This document shows, piece after piece, positions 1 through 14,842 of a DNA stretch of 64,000 bases. The notes under the pieces are model-generated. The model was not told where the DNA came from. It searched no databases and was given only the letters and a program-made list of their open reading frames with translations. This stretch comes from an uncultured Planctomycetaceae bacterium (GTDB lineage Bacteria > Planctomycetota > Planctomycetia > Planctomycetales > Planctomycetaceae). Within the stretch, counting starts at the first letter, position 1. The number at the start of each line of letters is the position of its first letter. The stretch covers positions 288,001 through 352,000 of the forward strand of contig CAWFGE010000020.1 in NCBI GenBank assembly GCA_963815195.1, given 5' to 3'. The translations under genes were made by a program, and so were the position numbers.

Positions 1-134
1 CCCTGGCCTCGGCGTTTGTGCTCAGCGAACGGCATCCGGCCAAGGATCTGAAAATTCTCCGCCGGGCTTGTGAGAACGTCAGCTTCGGCCGCACCCGGGC
101 ATCGGCGGACGAGAACCGCGTGCGGGCCGAGACA

Positions 135-1698
135 GTGTCTGGCCGTTTTCTATGGCGCGAACTGGGTAGAGTGTGTAAAGTAGGCAATCCTGTCGTCCGC
201 GATGTGCGGGGGCGAGTTGATTTCACTTCCAGAGGAGGGATTGCGATGCAGGAACCCCGAGTTGCCAAAGAGGTTTATATCGAGTCAATGCGGTCGGAGC
301 TTGAGGGCTTGTTGGGCGAAGTGATGGAGGCCGTGAATGCGGCGCCGGGCGGTCGCGTGATTGCCGACAGTGAGGAGCAAGTGCGGCAGTTGATGCACGA
401 GTTTCGCCGCCGGGCTTACGAGCGGGCCGTGCAGATGCGAGCGGACTCAGCCGAGTCCGCTTTTCCCCCCTCCGGAGAACGAAGCGACGGGAACACCCAT
501 GCGCAACAAAGGTCGCCAGAAGCACACCGTGATGACGGTCAACGGGCGGGTTAAGCTTCGCCGGATTCGCTGGCAACCAGCCGGCGGCGGCAGCGTGACG
601 CCGCTGGATGAGTGGTTGGACGAAGCCTGCCAGCAGTTCACGCAAGGCGTCGTCGAATTGGCCTGCCGATTGAACCGTTGCGAAAGCAGTTTTCTGGAAC
701 TGTCCGTGACCCTGAAGCGTGCGGCGGGGCTTTCGATCGGCAAGGAAACGCTCCGGCAATTGATCGAAGCCGAAGGCCAAACGGTCTTGGAACAAACGCG
801 TCGCAACGAACTGAGGCCCGACTGGGAGGCGTCGGATTGCCAAACCCCTGAGGGCGAAACTCGCGTGTATTTCGGTTGTGACGGCGTGAAGGTTCCCGTG
901 ATCACGGAGACGGAAAAGAAGCAGCGGCGGGCTCAGGTCGTCGAGAAACGGAAAGAACGCAAATCCGAGGGCCGCTCTCTCAATCCGTTGGAACGATTGA
1001 AGCCGGGCGCCGACGGCCCGTACAAGGAATTTCGTCTGGTGCAGTTTTATTCGGAAGACCAGGAAAACCGCTGGATCAGCGTCAGCCGGGGCGACCATGA
1101 AGTGGTCGGGCGGGTGATGCGCCGGGACGCCTCGCGGATTCAGTTGGATCAGGCGGACGCTTCGATCGGGATTTATGACGGGGCCGTGTGGATCGATCGC
1201 CAAGCGGAGAAACAAGGCCTGCGGTTGACCGCCCGCGGACTCGACTTCTGGCATCTTCGGGATTACGCGCAAAAGACGCGGCGGTCGCTTTACGGAGACG
1301 ACGAAGCCGGCAAAAGCTGGCTGGACGAATTGATGCACACCTTCAAGCATGAAGGTTACGAAACAGCGTGGGATCAGCTCACGACCCAGCGGGCCCAACT
1401 GGAAAACGAAACGAAAAAGCAAGCCCTGGATGGACTCTTGCACTACATGGCCGAACGCAGCCATCTGATTAAATACCCCGAGTTCCGCGCCAACGGGTGG
1501 CAAATCGGCAGCGGTCCAACCGAAGCCCAATGCCGCACGACCACCAGCCGCATCAAAGGCAAAGGCCGCCGCTGGGATCCCGACAACGCCCTGGCCGTAA
1601 TGGCCTTGGAAGCCCTCCACCAAAGCCACGCCTGGGACTCTCACTGGAACCTCAATTGACCAACCAACTTAACCCCGCCAGAATTTCCGGCCACACAC
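135..1698 (+). mobile_element. Insertion sequence, ISKra4-like (IS256/Mutator-related DDE), apparently complete
   Basis: Terminal IRs GTGTCTGGCCG (135-145) and CGGCCACACAC (1688-1698) match at 10/11. A 9-bp direct repeat GCCGAGACA flanks it at 126-134 and 1699-1707. It encloses a two-ORF transposase. Confidence 0.9.
246..1659 (+). CDS. ISKra4-like transposase in two frames (orfA from 246; orfB 499-1659), joined at a TTTTCCCCCC run (461-470)
   Basis: orfB has GCDG, YDGAVWI, LDFWH and IGSGPTEA motifs typical of ISKra4/UPF0236 transposases. orfA reads ...AFPP at the slippery run. Confidence 0.85.
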
Positions 1699-1868
1699 GC
1701 CGAGACATTCCCACGCCGGGCCGCTTGTAAATCTCGGCGGGGTTGCTAACTTTGTAGAAATTTGCGCGCCGCCGCGGCTTCCGACTGTGCATTTGTTGCG
1801 ATCACGGTCTGTCTACACTCGGCGGCGGTTCCTGGTTTCGATCAAAGTAAAGCGAAAAGCATCCCGCC

Positions 1869-5226
<3,358 letters not shown>

Positions 5227-5405
5227 CCAATCAAAGGCGAGCGTTGGGCGTTAGCCCAATGATTTCGCCGAATGGCAAGTTACTCGCTCCTTCACGTCAG
5301 CTTTCGTTGCTTTGGGGCGTGGGCATCGGCTAGGATGTTTTTCAGTCCAACCCGGTGTTCTCAATCTCTTCTGGTCTTCAATTCAATCTCAACGTGGTCG
5401 ATCCT

Positions 5406-8400
5406 ATGCGATGTTGCGCTCTGCGATGTGCGGTTTTGGCAATCGGTTTTTTTGTGGCATTCTGCTCTGAGAGCTTTTCCGCGGAAATTCCGGAAAACCC
5501 GCTCGCCGAGGGATTGTCGCCCCAGCAAGCCGCGAAAGCGATGACGGTGCCCGAGGGGTTCCGCGTCAAACTCGCGGCGGGCGAGCCGCAGGTGCATCAG
5601 CCGATCGCTTTTGCGATCGACCGCAAAGGCCGACTGTGGGTGGCCGAGGCTTACACCTATCCGAATCGCGCTGCGGGCGGCGACGGGCGGGATAAGATCA
5701 TCATTCTCGAAGACACCACCGGCGACGGCGTGCTCGACTCGCGGAAAGTCTTTTGCGAAGGGCTCAATCTCGTCAGCGGACTGGAAGTCGGCTTCGGCGG
5801 CGTGTGGGTCGGGGCGGCTCCGTATTTGCTGTTCATCCCCGACCGCGACGGCGACGACCATCCCGATTCACCGCCCGAAAACTGGCAGGCTCCCTCGTCC
5901 GTGCAGTTTCCGAAGGATGTCCCGCCGGGGGCTGACGTGCTGTTGGACGGCTTCGGCTGGCACGACACGCATGAGACTTTGAACTCTTTCATCTGGGGGC
6001 CGGACGGTTGGCTGTATGGCTGTCATGGCGTGTTTACGCACTCCAAAGTCGGAAAGCCCGGCACGCCCGATGAAAAGCGCGAACCCCTCAATGCCGGGGT
6101 CTGGCGGTATCATCCGGTCCGGCATGAGTTTGAAGTTTTCGCCTGGGGGACCAGCAATCCCTGGGGCGTCGATTTCAACGACCGCGGCCAGGCGTTTGTC
6201 ACAGCCTGCGTGATTCCGCATCTGTATCACATCATTCCCGGCGCGAGATACCAGCGGCAGGCCGGGCAGCATTTTAATCCTTATGTCTATGATGACATCA
6301 AAACCATCGCGGACCATCGGCATTACGTGGGGAACATCCGCGACCACGCCTGGTGGGGCCACGAACCGCAGGCCGCGACCGATACGCTTAAAGCCGGCGG
6401 CGGCCATGCTCACGCGGGCTGTATGATTTACCTGGGCGATAATTGGCCCGCCGGAATATCGCAACAAAATCTATATGAACAACATCCACGGCAACCGCGT
6501 GAACTGCGATGTGCCCGAACAAAAAGGCTCCGGCTACGTCGGCCATCACGGGAAGGATTTACTCGTCGCCAACGACCGCTGGTTCCGGGGCATCAACCTG
6601 AAGACCGCACCGGATGGTTCGGTGTATCTCATCGACTGGTACGACAAAAACGCCTGCCACCGCACCAACCCCGAAATCTGGGACCGCACCAACGGGCGGA
6701 TTTATAACATTGCCTATGTGAAAGACGGGGAACCGAAATCGGCGAAAGTCAATTTGGATCAGCTTTCGAGTCGGGAGTTGATGGAACTCCACAAGCATCC
6801 GAACGAATGGCAGGTCCGGATGGCCCGTAAGATTTTGCAGGAACGGGCGGCCAAAGGGGCATTCGAACGGCAACACCAAGGACTCGCAGCGGAAGTCACG
6901 AACTTAGGACCCGTTAACGATGTTCCCCGCCGACTTCGGGCGCTGTGGACGCTGCATGCGATGGGCGGGCTAACTGCCGTTGATCGAGTGCGGCTTCTTG
7001 CTTCATCCGCAGAAGAACTCCGCGGTTGGGCGGTCCGTTTGGAAGCCGAAGACCGGAGGCTCGGTTCAAATGAGCGTGAACGTTTCAATTGGATACTGCG
7101 TCTTCACGGGTTGGCAAGCGGTGACTCGCCGGTCGTGCGGTTGGAAGTCGCGGCGGCGCTGCAGCGGTTGCCGCTGGCTGACCGTTGGGACGTGGCGGAA
7201 GCCTTGCTGTCGCATGCGGAGGATGCCCAGGATCACAATTTGCCGCTGATGATCTGGTACGCGGTCGAACCCTTGGTCGAAGCGGATCCCGCCAAAGCGA
7301 TGGATTTGGCGAAGTCGTCCAAAATTCCGCTGGTGGCGCGGTACATCATCCGCCGGGCCGCTGCGGACAACAAACTCCTGCCGCAGGCGGTCGCTTTGCT
7401 CAATGAATCGAAAGACGCAGACACGCAGTTGCTCGTATTGGAAGAAATGCTGGCCGCGTTCGAGGGCCGGGTGAACGTGCCCATGCCGGCGTCCTGGAAA
7501 CCCGCGTATGAGACTTTGAGCCAAAGCAAGAACGCCGCGATCCAAGACAAGGCGGATCAGGTCGCCGTGGCATTGGGCGATCGGCGGATTTTTCCCCGCC
7601 TGCGGGAGCAACTCACCGACAAATCGGCCAACCTGAAAACTCGCCAGCGGGCGCTGGAGATTCTCGTTCAAGGCCGGGACAAAAACGCGGTGTCGGCGTT
7701 TCAAGCGGTGCTCGATCAAAAGCCACTCCGCGGCCCGGCGATTCGGGCATTGGCCGGCTTTGACGATCCCCAAACCCCCGCCGCGATCTTAAAGCAATAC
7801 AAAAACTTCGATGCAGACGCCAAGGGTGATGCGGTTTCGACGCTCACCTCCCGGCCGCAGTATGCGATGGCGTTGTTCTCGGCGATGGAAGCCGGCACCG
7901 TGCCCCGCACCGATTTGCACGCCTATCACATCCGGCAGCTTTTGCGATTCGAGAACAAAAACCTCGACAAAAAAATTCGCGCGGTGTGGGGCGAGTTTCG
8001 CGAAACCTCCGCGGACAAGAAACAGCAAATCGAAAACCTGAAATCCCAACTCACCGCCGCCGCGCTAGAACGCGCCGACGCCAGCCACGGGAGGCTCTTG
8101 TTCACGAAGACCTGCGCAAACTGCCATACGCTGTTCGGCGAAGGCGGCAAGGTGGGGCCGGACATCACGGGCTCGAACCGGGCGAATTTGGATTACATCC
8201 TGGGCAACGTCGTCGATCCCAGCGCGGTATTGGGGAAAGATTACCGCATGACCGTCTTGGCTCTCGCCGACGGGCGGGTGATTTCCGGACTGATCCAGAA
8301 AGAAACCGATTCCGCCGTCACCGTCCGCACGTTGAACGACACCGTCGTCGTGCCGCTCGCCGACATCGAAGCCCGCAAACTCTCCGAACTCTCGATGATG

Positions 8401-8967
8401 CCGGAGAAATTGCTCGATCAGTTCAGCCAAACGGATGTCCGGGATTTAATTGCCTATCTGCAAAGCCCGCAGCAGGTCGCGCTCAAGGGGCCGAGCGCTC
8501 CGATCGACCCCAAAACCGGCCGCGTTCCCGGCGCGTTGGAAGCGGAATCGCTCAAGATCGTGGGCAAGACCGGCGGCCAGGCGAAGAGCCAGAACATGTC
8601 GCCTTTCTCCAAAGATCGTTGGAGCGGGAACGACCATCTGTGGTGGACCGGAGCGAACCCCGGCGACCGTTTGGAACTGGAAATCCCCGTCAAAACCGCC
8701 GGGACTTACACTGTCGAAATCGTGCTGACCCGCGCCCGCGATTATGGCATCGTGCAGTTGGCTTTGGACAAACAAAACCTCGGCGGCCCGCTGGACTGTT
8801 TTAGTTCTCCCGATGTCATCACCACGGGCGTGTTGACGTTCGACAATCTCGAACTCGCCGCGGGCAACCACCGCCTGAAACTCGAAATCCTCGGTGCCAA
8901 TCCGAAAGCCGTGAAAAGCTACATGGCCGGCATCGATTACATCCGCCTCGTTTCCAAACAGCAATAA
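5406..8967 (+). CDS. PVC-type heme-binding CxxCH protein / membrane-bound dehydrogenase domain (frameshift near 6452)
   Basis: Signal peptide, 'PEGFRVKLAAGEPQVHQPIAFAID' propeller start, HEAT-like repeats, CANCH heme motif, C-terminal beta-sandwich. Split over ORFs 5355-6707 and 6475-8967. Confidence 0.85.
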
Positions 8968-9004
8968 ACGAAAGCCACCCGCAAGATGGCGGCGTGCGGC
9001 GATT

Positions 9005-10357
9005 CTACGCCTCATTCACTCCCGGTTGCGGCCAGTTGTTTGCGCGGATGCGGGTTTCGATTTGTTTGAGGACTTCGTAATCGCTTTTGTAGGGCGATTC
9101 GAAGGCCGGGCGGAGGGGGATGGCGACGTCGTCCATGCGATACACGGTGCCGGGCACGTTGATGCCGTAGGTCGCGGTCGTGAAAGCGACGGCGGCGACT
9201 TTGGCGGTCTCGCTGAGCTTGGGGTCAAGCACCACGGAGGGGATTTTCGCGAGATGCTCGCGGGCCGGCTGGCTGAAGTTGGACATGGGATCGGAGGCGA
9301 CGATCAGCGCGGCATCCGCTTCGCCGCGGGCCAACAAATCCGACGTGGTGAACTCGCCGGGATTGAATCGCGGATAACCTCGCCCCAGGTTCACGCCGAA
9401 TGGGTAGCCCGTGGACCAGGAGACCACGTTGTCGGCTCCGGTGACGTTGCCGTGGCCCCGCATCGGCTTGGCGACAAAGCGGGTGTAGCGGTTCATATCG
9501 CGGGCCAACGCGAGCACGGCTTCGCTGTTGATGTGCTTGCCGCGGGTCATCGTCAAGCCCATGCCAAACAGGATCGCCCCGAACTTGGCCTTTTTCATGC
9601 GGACCACAACGTCTTCGAGCGTTTCCAGCGGAATGCCGGTTTTTTGCTCGATGGAGGGATCGATCTCGACGCCCTTCGCCAGCCCCCGCATTGCCCAGGC
9701 GAGTTCAAAATCGGAGCGGGGTTTGATTTGCAAGAAGATGTCGGCCGCTTTGGCGCTTTTGGTTTTGCGAACGTCGATCAACACGGCGGTGCGGTCTTTG
9801 CGGCCGTTCGGGAGGAACTCGCCTTTGGGCATCAGGCTGTATTTGGTGAAGTGGCGGGGATGGCTTTCCGCCGGGTTCCCGCCCCAGAAGATCAGAAAGT
9901 CGGCCCGGTTCTTGATCTCGCCCAAAGAGCACGTCACCTCGCCCACGCCCTGAAACGCCATGCCTGAAGGCCCGTGGCACACGGACGTCGTGGTATCCAC
10001 GTTGCCGCCGATCCAATCCGAAATCGCCACCGCGACCCGCTGGGCTTCGCAGGTGGTGTCCGAGAGGCCGTATGTCACCGGGTATTTCGCATTGAGTAGA
10101 ATCTCGGCGGCTTTGTCGAAGGCGTCTTCGTAACTCGCCGGCTCTCCGTAGATCGTGGCTTCGGGGCGGTCTTCGATGTGATGATTGAAAAACCATGCCT
10201 TCCCTAACACGCAGGCGTTCTTGGCTTTGGTGATGCGATTTCCCTCCACGGTGAGTTCCATGTCATCGCACACGCAGCCGCAGAATGTGCAGGTCGCGTC
10301 CTGGATAATTTTCAGATCGGGGATCGTCTCGGCAACGGGTTGCTCGGCAATACTCAT
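9005..10357 (-). CDS. fwdB: Formylmethanofuran dehydrogenase subunit B (FwdB/FhcB family)
   Basis: CTFCGCVCDD Fe-S motif, SVCHGPS, WGGNPAESHPRH, MRGHGNVTG, GTVYRMD. Confidence 0.92.
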   Translation of the reverse strand: MSIAEQPVAETIPDLKIIQDATCTFCGCVCDDMELTVEGNRITKAKNACVLGKAWFFNHHIEDRPEATIYGEPASYEDAFDKAAEILLNAKYPVTYGLSDTTCEAQRVAVAISDWIGGNVDTTTSVCHGPSGMAFQGVGEVTCSLGEIKNRADFLIFWGGNPAESHPRHFTKYSLMPKGEFLPNGRKDRTAVLIDVRKTKSAKAADIFLQIKPRSDFELAWAMRGLAKGVEIDPSIEQKTGIPLETLEDVVVRMKKAKFGAILFGMGLTMTRGKHINSEAVLALARDMNRYTRFVAKPMRGHGNVTGADNVVSWSTGYPFGVNLGRGYPRFNPGEFTTSDLLARGEADAALIVASDPMSNFSQPAREHLAKIPSVVLDPKLSETAKVAAVAFTTATYGINVPGTVYRMDDVAIPLRPAFESPYKSDYEVLKQIETRIRANNWPQPGVNEA

Positions 10358-10414
10358 GGTGTTCCTGAAGGAGCAAAGGCCACAGAGGCCGCATAGGTGC
10401 AAAGGGATTAACAA

Positions 10415-10998
10415 TTAAATGACGCCGGCTAATGGAATCTCCAATCCCGGCAGCAAAGGGGCGTTGTAGGAATCTTCCGGTCCCAAAAAGGTCTCGGCAT
10501 CGTTTCCATTTTCGAGCCCTAATACTAACACACGATGCTCGAAGCGGTCCACGATGACGTATCCCCGCACGCCGATCCGCTCGTACTCAGTCCGCTTTTC
10601 TTCGTAATCCCGTCGGCGGTTGGCTGGACCGGGACTGACCGTCTCGAAAACCAAATCCGGGACGCGTTCGGGAATCGGCGACGGAGTCTGATCGGATTTC
10701 AAATAGACGGCCATATCCGGGAAGCGCTCCGCGTCCCCGTCGATCATCACCCAAGATTCTTGGTAGACGTGGTCCAAATTGTCAGGGTGCGAAAGCCGGT
10801 AAGCGCCCAGATAATCGCGAAAGGGTTCCGTTGTCGAGTGATGGCCTTCTCCCGCGGGTGTCATCAGCACGAACCTCCCGCCTGCGCCTCGAACTTCCAC
10901 GGCTCCTGGAAATCGGCATCGGCGAATTCCTCATGGGTGATCTCCATCCCGTCATCGTCTGGGGTGAGGGTGAGTTTGGAAGGGTGGGATTGGCTCAT
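10415..10998 (-). CDS. Uma2 family (DUF820) endonuclease-like protein (frameshift near 10885)
   Basis: PDMAVY, VPDLVFETVSP, KRTEYERIGVRGYVIVD and PLLPGLEI motifs. The N-terminus MSQSHPSK is in an adjacent frame. Confidence 0.85.
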
Positions 10999-11336
10999 TG
11001 TTGTCTCTCCACGAAAACGTCGAGGCCTTTGCTGTCGGGCATGCCGCTGCCGTGGGTTTCCCCGCCCATCAATCGGCTGGAGATGTCGCCGTAGCTGATA
11101 AACAAGAGGCCCGGCGGGCATTCGCCTTTGTCGGCCTGGCAGGGCACGACGACCTCGGCGAACCGGTTCCACATGCGGACGCGGTCGCCTTCCCCGATGC
11201 CCAGTCGCTCCATGTCCTCGGCATTCATCCGCAGGGTGTTGATTTCTTCTTTGTAGGCATCGGTGTATTTGCCTTCGTTCAGCGAAGTCCCCTGCCGGCT
11301 CGTGCGGCCGGGGATGAGAATAAATGGTTCGGGCAT
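10995..11336 (-). CDS. fwdD: Formylmethanofuran dehydrogenase subunit D-like (molybdopterin dinucleotide-binding domain)
   Basis: LIPGRTSRQG ... MNAEDMERLGI ... THGSGMPDSKG; lies upstream of fwdB. Confidence 0.85.
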   Translation of the reverse strand: MPEPFILIPGRTSRQGTSLNEGKYTDAYKEEINTLRMNAEDMERLGIGEGDRVRMWNRFAEVVVPCQADKGECPPGLLFISYGDISSRLMGGETHGSGMPDSKGLDVFVERQQ

Positions 11337-11431
11337 GCGGTTTTTTATCCGATTGGCAAAAAAACAATTGATCTCTTTTAATTGTCGCGGCAGATGCGGG
11401 GCCGGTCAATTGGCGTTCAAAATCGAGCGTT

Positions 11432-12400
11432 CTAAGTCCCGGCCGCGTCGCGGCAGGTTTGATCGAGCAGCAGTTGCATTTCCCGCCATTGGATTTGCCG
11501 GGCGATTTGGGTGAGGCCGGGATTCCCGCTGCGGCCACATTCCTGGCAGAAATCCACAAAGGCGAAAGGATCCCAATGGAAACCGAGAGATAATTTCTGC
11601 CGGGCTCTTTCCGCGATCGTTGTGTCGGCTTGGGAAAGAATGGCGTCCGCGGCGTTTCTCAACAGTTCAAAAATCGGATGCGCACCGACCCGGCGGAACC
11701 AGTATTTCGAGTTGGAATAATCCGGCTCCCGCCGGTGCATGATCGCGTGCCAATAATCCCCAGCCCGGTTTCGCCCCCTTCCTTCCACGCTCTGCGACAA
11801 CTCGTGGCTCGCATCCAGGTAATCGTGGATTTGAAAGAGCCCCGCTTTGAGGGCGACGGCATCGGCGGGCGAACTTACCGTCAGCACGTCCTCGGCCGAA
11901 AATTTTTCGAGATGCGACTTCAACCAGTCCCACGACCGCCCCGGCGGGTTCGGGGCCAATGCGGGAAGATTCGAGTCGGCCGATTCCGCCCACGCGAGGT
12001 TGTCTTCCGTCCATAAACCAATGGCTCGAATCCGGCCGGAACTTTTCGAAAGCGCGAATGATCCAATCCCAAACCGGATCGGAGACATCGGCGAAGCCGA
12101 GGTCTTTCGCCGCCGAGGCCCGGCAAATGATCGTCCAGACTCGCCGTGCCAGATTTTCTCGCAAGGCCGCCAAGCGCAGAGGCCCGTGTCGCCAGGCTGA
12201 GAACGTGTCATTAGAAATCGGAGGAAAAAGGAGCATAAAATCGGTGTCCGGGTCCGATTTCAACAGGTCGACCGACTGTTCAAATTCCGCATTGGAAACC
12301 GGTCGCGTTTTATCGGCGATCGCGAGAAAGTCTGACGCGGTGCCGTCCAGGCATCGGTTCCATTCCGCCGCCGAGACCTCGGGCAATGGCAATTTCAAGG
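11432..12400 (-). CDS. Conserved hypothetical protein (frameshift near 12015; start uncertain)
   Basis: C-terminal part has SHELSQ...YWHAIMHRREPDYSNSKYWF, a conserved-looking helical motif. The N-terminal part is in ORF 11667-12512. Confidence 0.6.
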
Positions 12401-12841
12401 GAAAGTGACGGACCGAACGGTGTGTGGGAGAATTCCCGGATGCTTCGAGGGCACTGCAAATGATAAAATCGAGAGAATCGATCACGATGAGATCTTCCAC
12501 ATATGGGAACAAAGGTGCAGAATTGAGGATGGGTCCGCCGTTTGCTTGGCTGGGCGAGGCGGCGATGCTGGTTTTCTGTACGCCAGGCCGCCAAAGCGAT
12601 TCTGGGGAATGTTTTTCCGGAGAGCCCTTGGCGAACCGTGGAAATCACCATATTCTATTAGGTTGCAAAACTCCAGGTTTGCTGGACGTTGCAGTCTGTG
12701 AAATGGGATTTCTGGTCTGCGAATTTGAAGGATTGACGCCTTCCGCAGCCGCATCGTGAGGGAAAGAGCGGAGCGAGCGTTCGATACCATTCTCGGCCCG
12801 GCGTATCGAATCTCCCGGCGCATCTTTCGGTGGAATGCGGT

Positions 12842-14167
12842 ATGAATGAAGTGTTGCCCCATTACGACGTCAACTCCACGACGTGGTTTTACCTGTCGCT
12901 GTTGTTGATCGTCGCCATCTATTTCCGCTTCACGAGGTTCTGGTCGCTCAGAAACCTCGATTTGGCGCTGCTGTTGGCGTTTTCGCCGGCGCTCCTGTTT
13001 TTGGAATCCGATCCCACGGTGGGGAACACCTGGTTGTTCGCGGCGTCGGGGGTGCTCTTGCTGCGGCTGTTTTGCGACGGGTTGTTTGTCCGCCGGCCGC
13101 GGATGGAGCAAAACCTCAATTCGCCCGGCCTCGCGTTTTTGGGGATCTGTGCGATCATCTTTCTCGCGATGCGCGTCGCCACCGAACCCCTTCCCGTTTC
13201 CACGTTGAACACCGTCAAGCGGAGCGAGAATCTGCGAAACCGGGTGGACGCCTCGGACGAGAAAGCCGAAGCCGGCCCGACGACGGTGTTGATCGGGGCC
13301 CCGGTGGGAGCGATTTCGGAAGCGGTCGTCGTCGACGAAGGCGTCTTGCACGCGGCGATCGTCACGGCCCGCGTGATGGCCGTGCTCTCGCACCTGGCGA
13401 TCGTATTGGCCCTGTTCGTGTTGGGCTACAAACTCTTCGGCGATCCCCACGCGGGGCTGGCGATGGGCTTACTGCATTTGCTGCTCCCTTGCACGTTCTA
13501 TCAAGCGAGCGAAGTCATCCACGTCTTGCCCTCGGCGCTTATCTTGTGGGCCATTGTCGCCTGGCGGCGGCCGATGATCTCCGGGGGACTGCTGGGGCTG
13601 GCGTGCGGGACACTGTTCTTCCCCGTGTTTTTGCTTCCACTCTGGGCGGCGTTTTACGGCAAGCGGAATGCACTGAAATTTGTGGGGGCGCTCGCGTTGG
13701 TCGGCTGCGTCTTATTGGGAAGCTTGGTTTTGACCTCGGCCGACACCGGGTCGTTCACCCGCCAAGTGCTGGGCACGATCGATTGGAGCGTGCTCTCGTT
13801 CCGCTCCCACGAAGCTGGCGGATTTTGGAGCGACGAAAACGCAGCCGTGCGGCTGCCCGTGTGCGCGGCGTTCTTCGTCGCCTTGATCTTCATGTCGATC
13901 TGGCCCCGCAAGAAATCCCTGGAATACCTGATCTCCGCGTCCACGGCGATCATCGTGGCCACGCAGTTCTGGTATCCCCAGCAAGGCGGCGTGTATTTGC
14001 TGTGGTACTTGCCGTTGATGCTGGTCGTCGTGTTTCGACCCCGTCTGCCGATGTCCGCCCCGAACGAGCCGAGAAAACCCGAGACGCCCGCCGCCAACTC
14101 GCCGGCGAAAAGCTCTCCGCCCACACTCGTCGGCTCAGCCTCAACCAGCCGGGCCCTGTTCCGCTAA
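12842..14167 (+). CDS. Polytopic membrane protein, possibly GT-C-fold glycosyltransferase-like
   Basis: Many hydrophobic helices; YLLWYLPL motif near the C-terminus; low-complexity tail. Confidence 0.6.
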   Translation: MNEVLPHYDVNSTTWFYLSLLLIVAIYFRFTRFWSLRNLDLALLLAFSPALLFLESDPTVGNTWLFAASGVLLLRLFCDGLFVRRPRMEQNLNSPGLAFLGICAIIFLAMRVATEPLPVSTLNTVKRSENLRNRVDASDEKAEAGPTTVLIGAPVGAISEAVVVDEGVLHAAIVTARVMAVLSHLAIVLALFVLGYKLFGDPHAGLAMGLLHLLLPCTFYQASEVIHVLPSALILWAIVAWRRPMISGGLLGLACGTLFFPVFLLPLWAAFYGKRNALKFVGALALVGCVLLGSLVLTSADTGSFTRQVLGTIDWSVLSFRSHEAGGFWSDENAAVRLPVCAAFFVALIFMSIWPRKKSLEYLISASTAIIVATQFWYPQQGGVYLLWYLPLMLVVVFRPRLPMSAPNEPRKPETPAANSPAKSSPPTLVGSASTSRALFR

Positions 14168-14177
14168 AGAACGCCGG

Positions 14178-14666
14178 TTAACGCGAGACCACGCTGACGT
14201 CGCCGCTGCGCTCAAGGTAGGCGGCTTTGACATCGTCCAGGTTCATTGTTCCGCCGTTCAAGCGAAGGCATTCCATCAGGTCGCGCTCGGTCAGGTTGGA
14301 TTTCTTGAGGTCCTCTTCAAGAATCTTGCCATCTTCCACGAGCCGGACTTCCGTGCCTTTGATGAGATCGGCGATCGCCTGGCTGTGCTGGGCCAGCTTT
14401 CCCAGGACGCGGTGCAACACCACCAGCACCGCGGTGACGGCGAGCGTGGGAAAGAAGCTCGCGTTGGCCGTCAGCGCCCGGCTGAGGGTCGAGCCCAGAA
14501 TCACGCCGAGAACAATGTCGAAGCTGGTCGTCTTCCCGAAAATCCGCCGGCCCCCAAACCGGACCAGCACGAGCGTATAAACGAAGATCAAGATGCCCCG
14601 GCAGACCATCTGCCACCAGAGTATGCTTTCCGCACTCGTGCCGATGAGTTGGTGAAACGTGTTCAA
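14178..14666 (-). CDS. DUF421/YetF family membrane protein
   Basis: GKTTSFDIVLGVILGS and AYLERSGDVSVV motifs; TTG start after a GAGGAAAG RBS. Confidence 0.85.
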   Translation of the reverse strand: MNTFHQLIGTSAESILWWQMVCRGILIFVYTLVLVRFGGRRIFGKTTSFDIVLGVILGSTLSRALTANASFFPTLAVTAVLVVLHRVLGKLAQHSQAIADLIKGTEVRLVEDGKILEEDLKKSNLTERDLMECLRLNGGTMNLDDVKAAYLERSGDVSVVSR

Positions 14667-14842
14667 GGCTCGCTTTCCTCCCCGAAAAAGGCCTGTGTTA
14701 CGATACCTGCTGAAATGCGTTTTGTCGGCGGAATGGAGAATCGTATCGACATGGTTTCTAAGTGTTTTCAAATGAAAGGCAGCACAACCCCGGCAAGGCG
14801 CCGGCGGTTGTGCTGCTTGAATGGCCAAAAGTGAAGCGAAAA

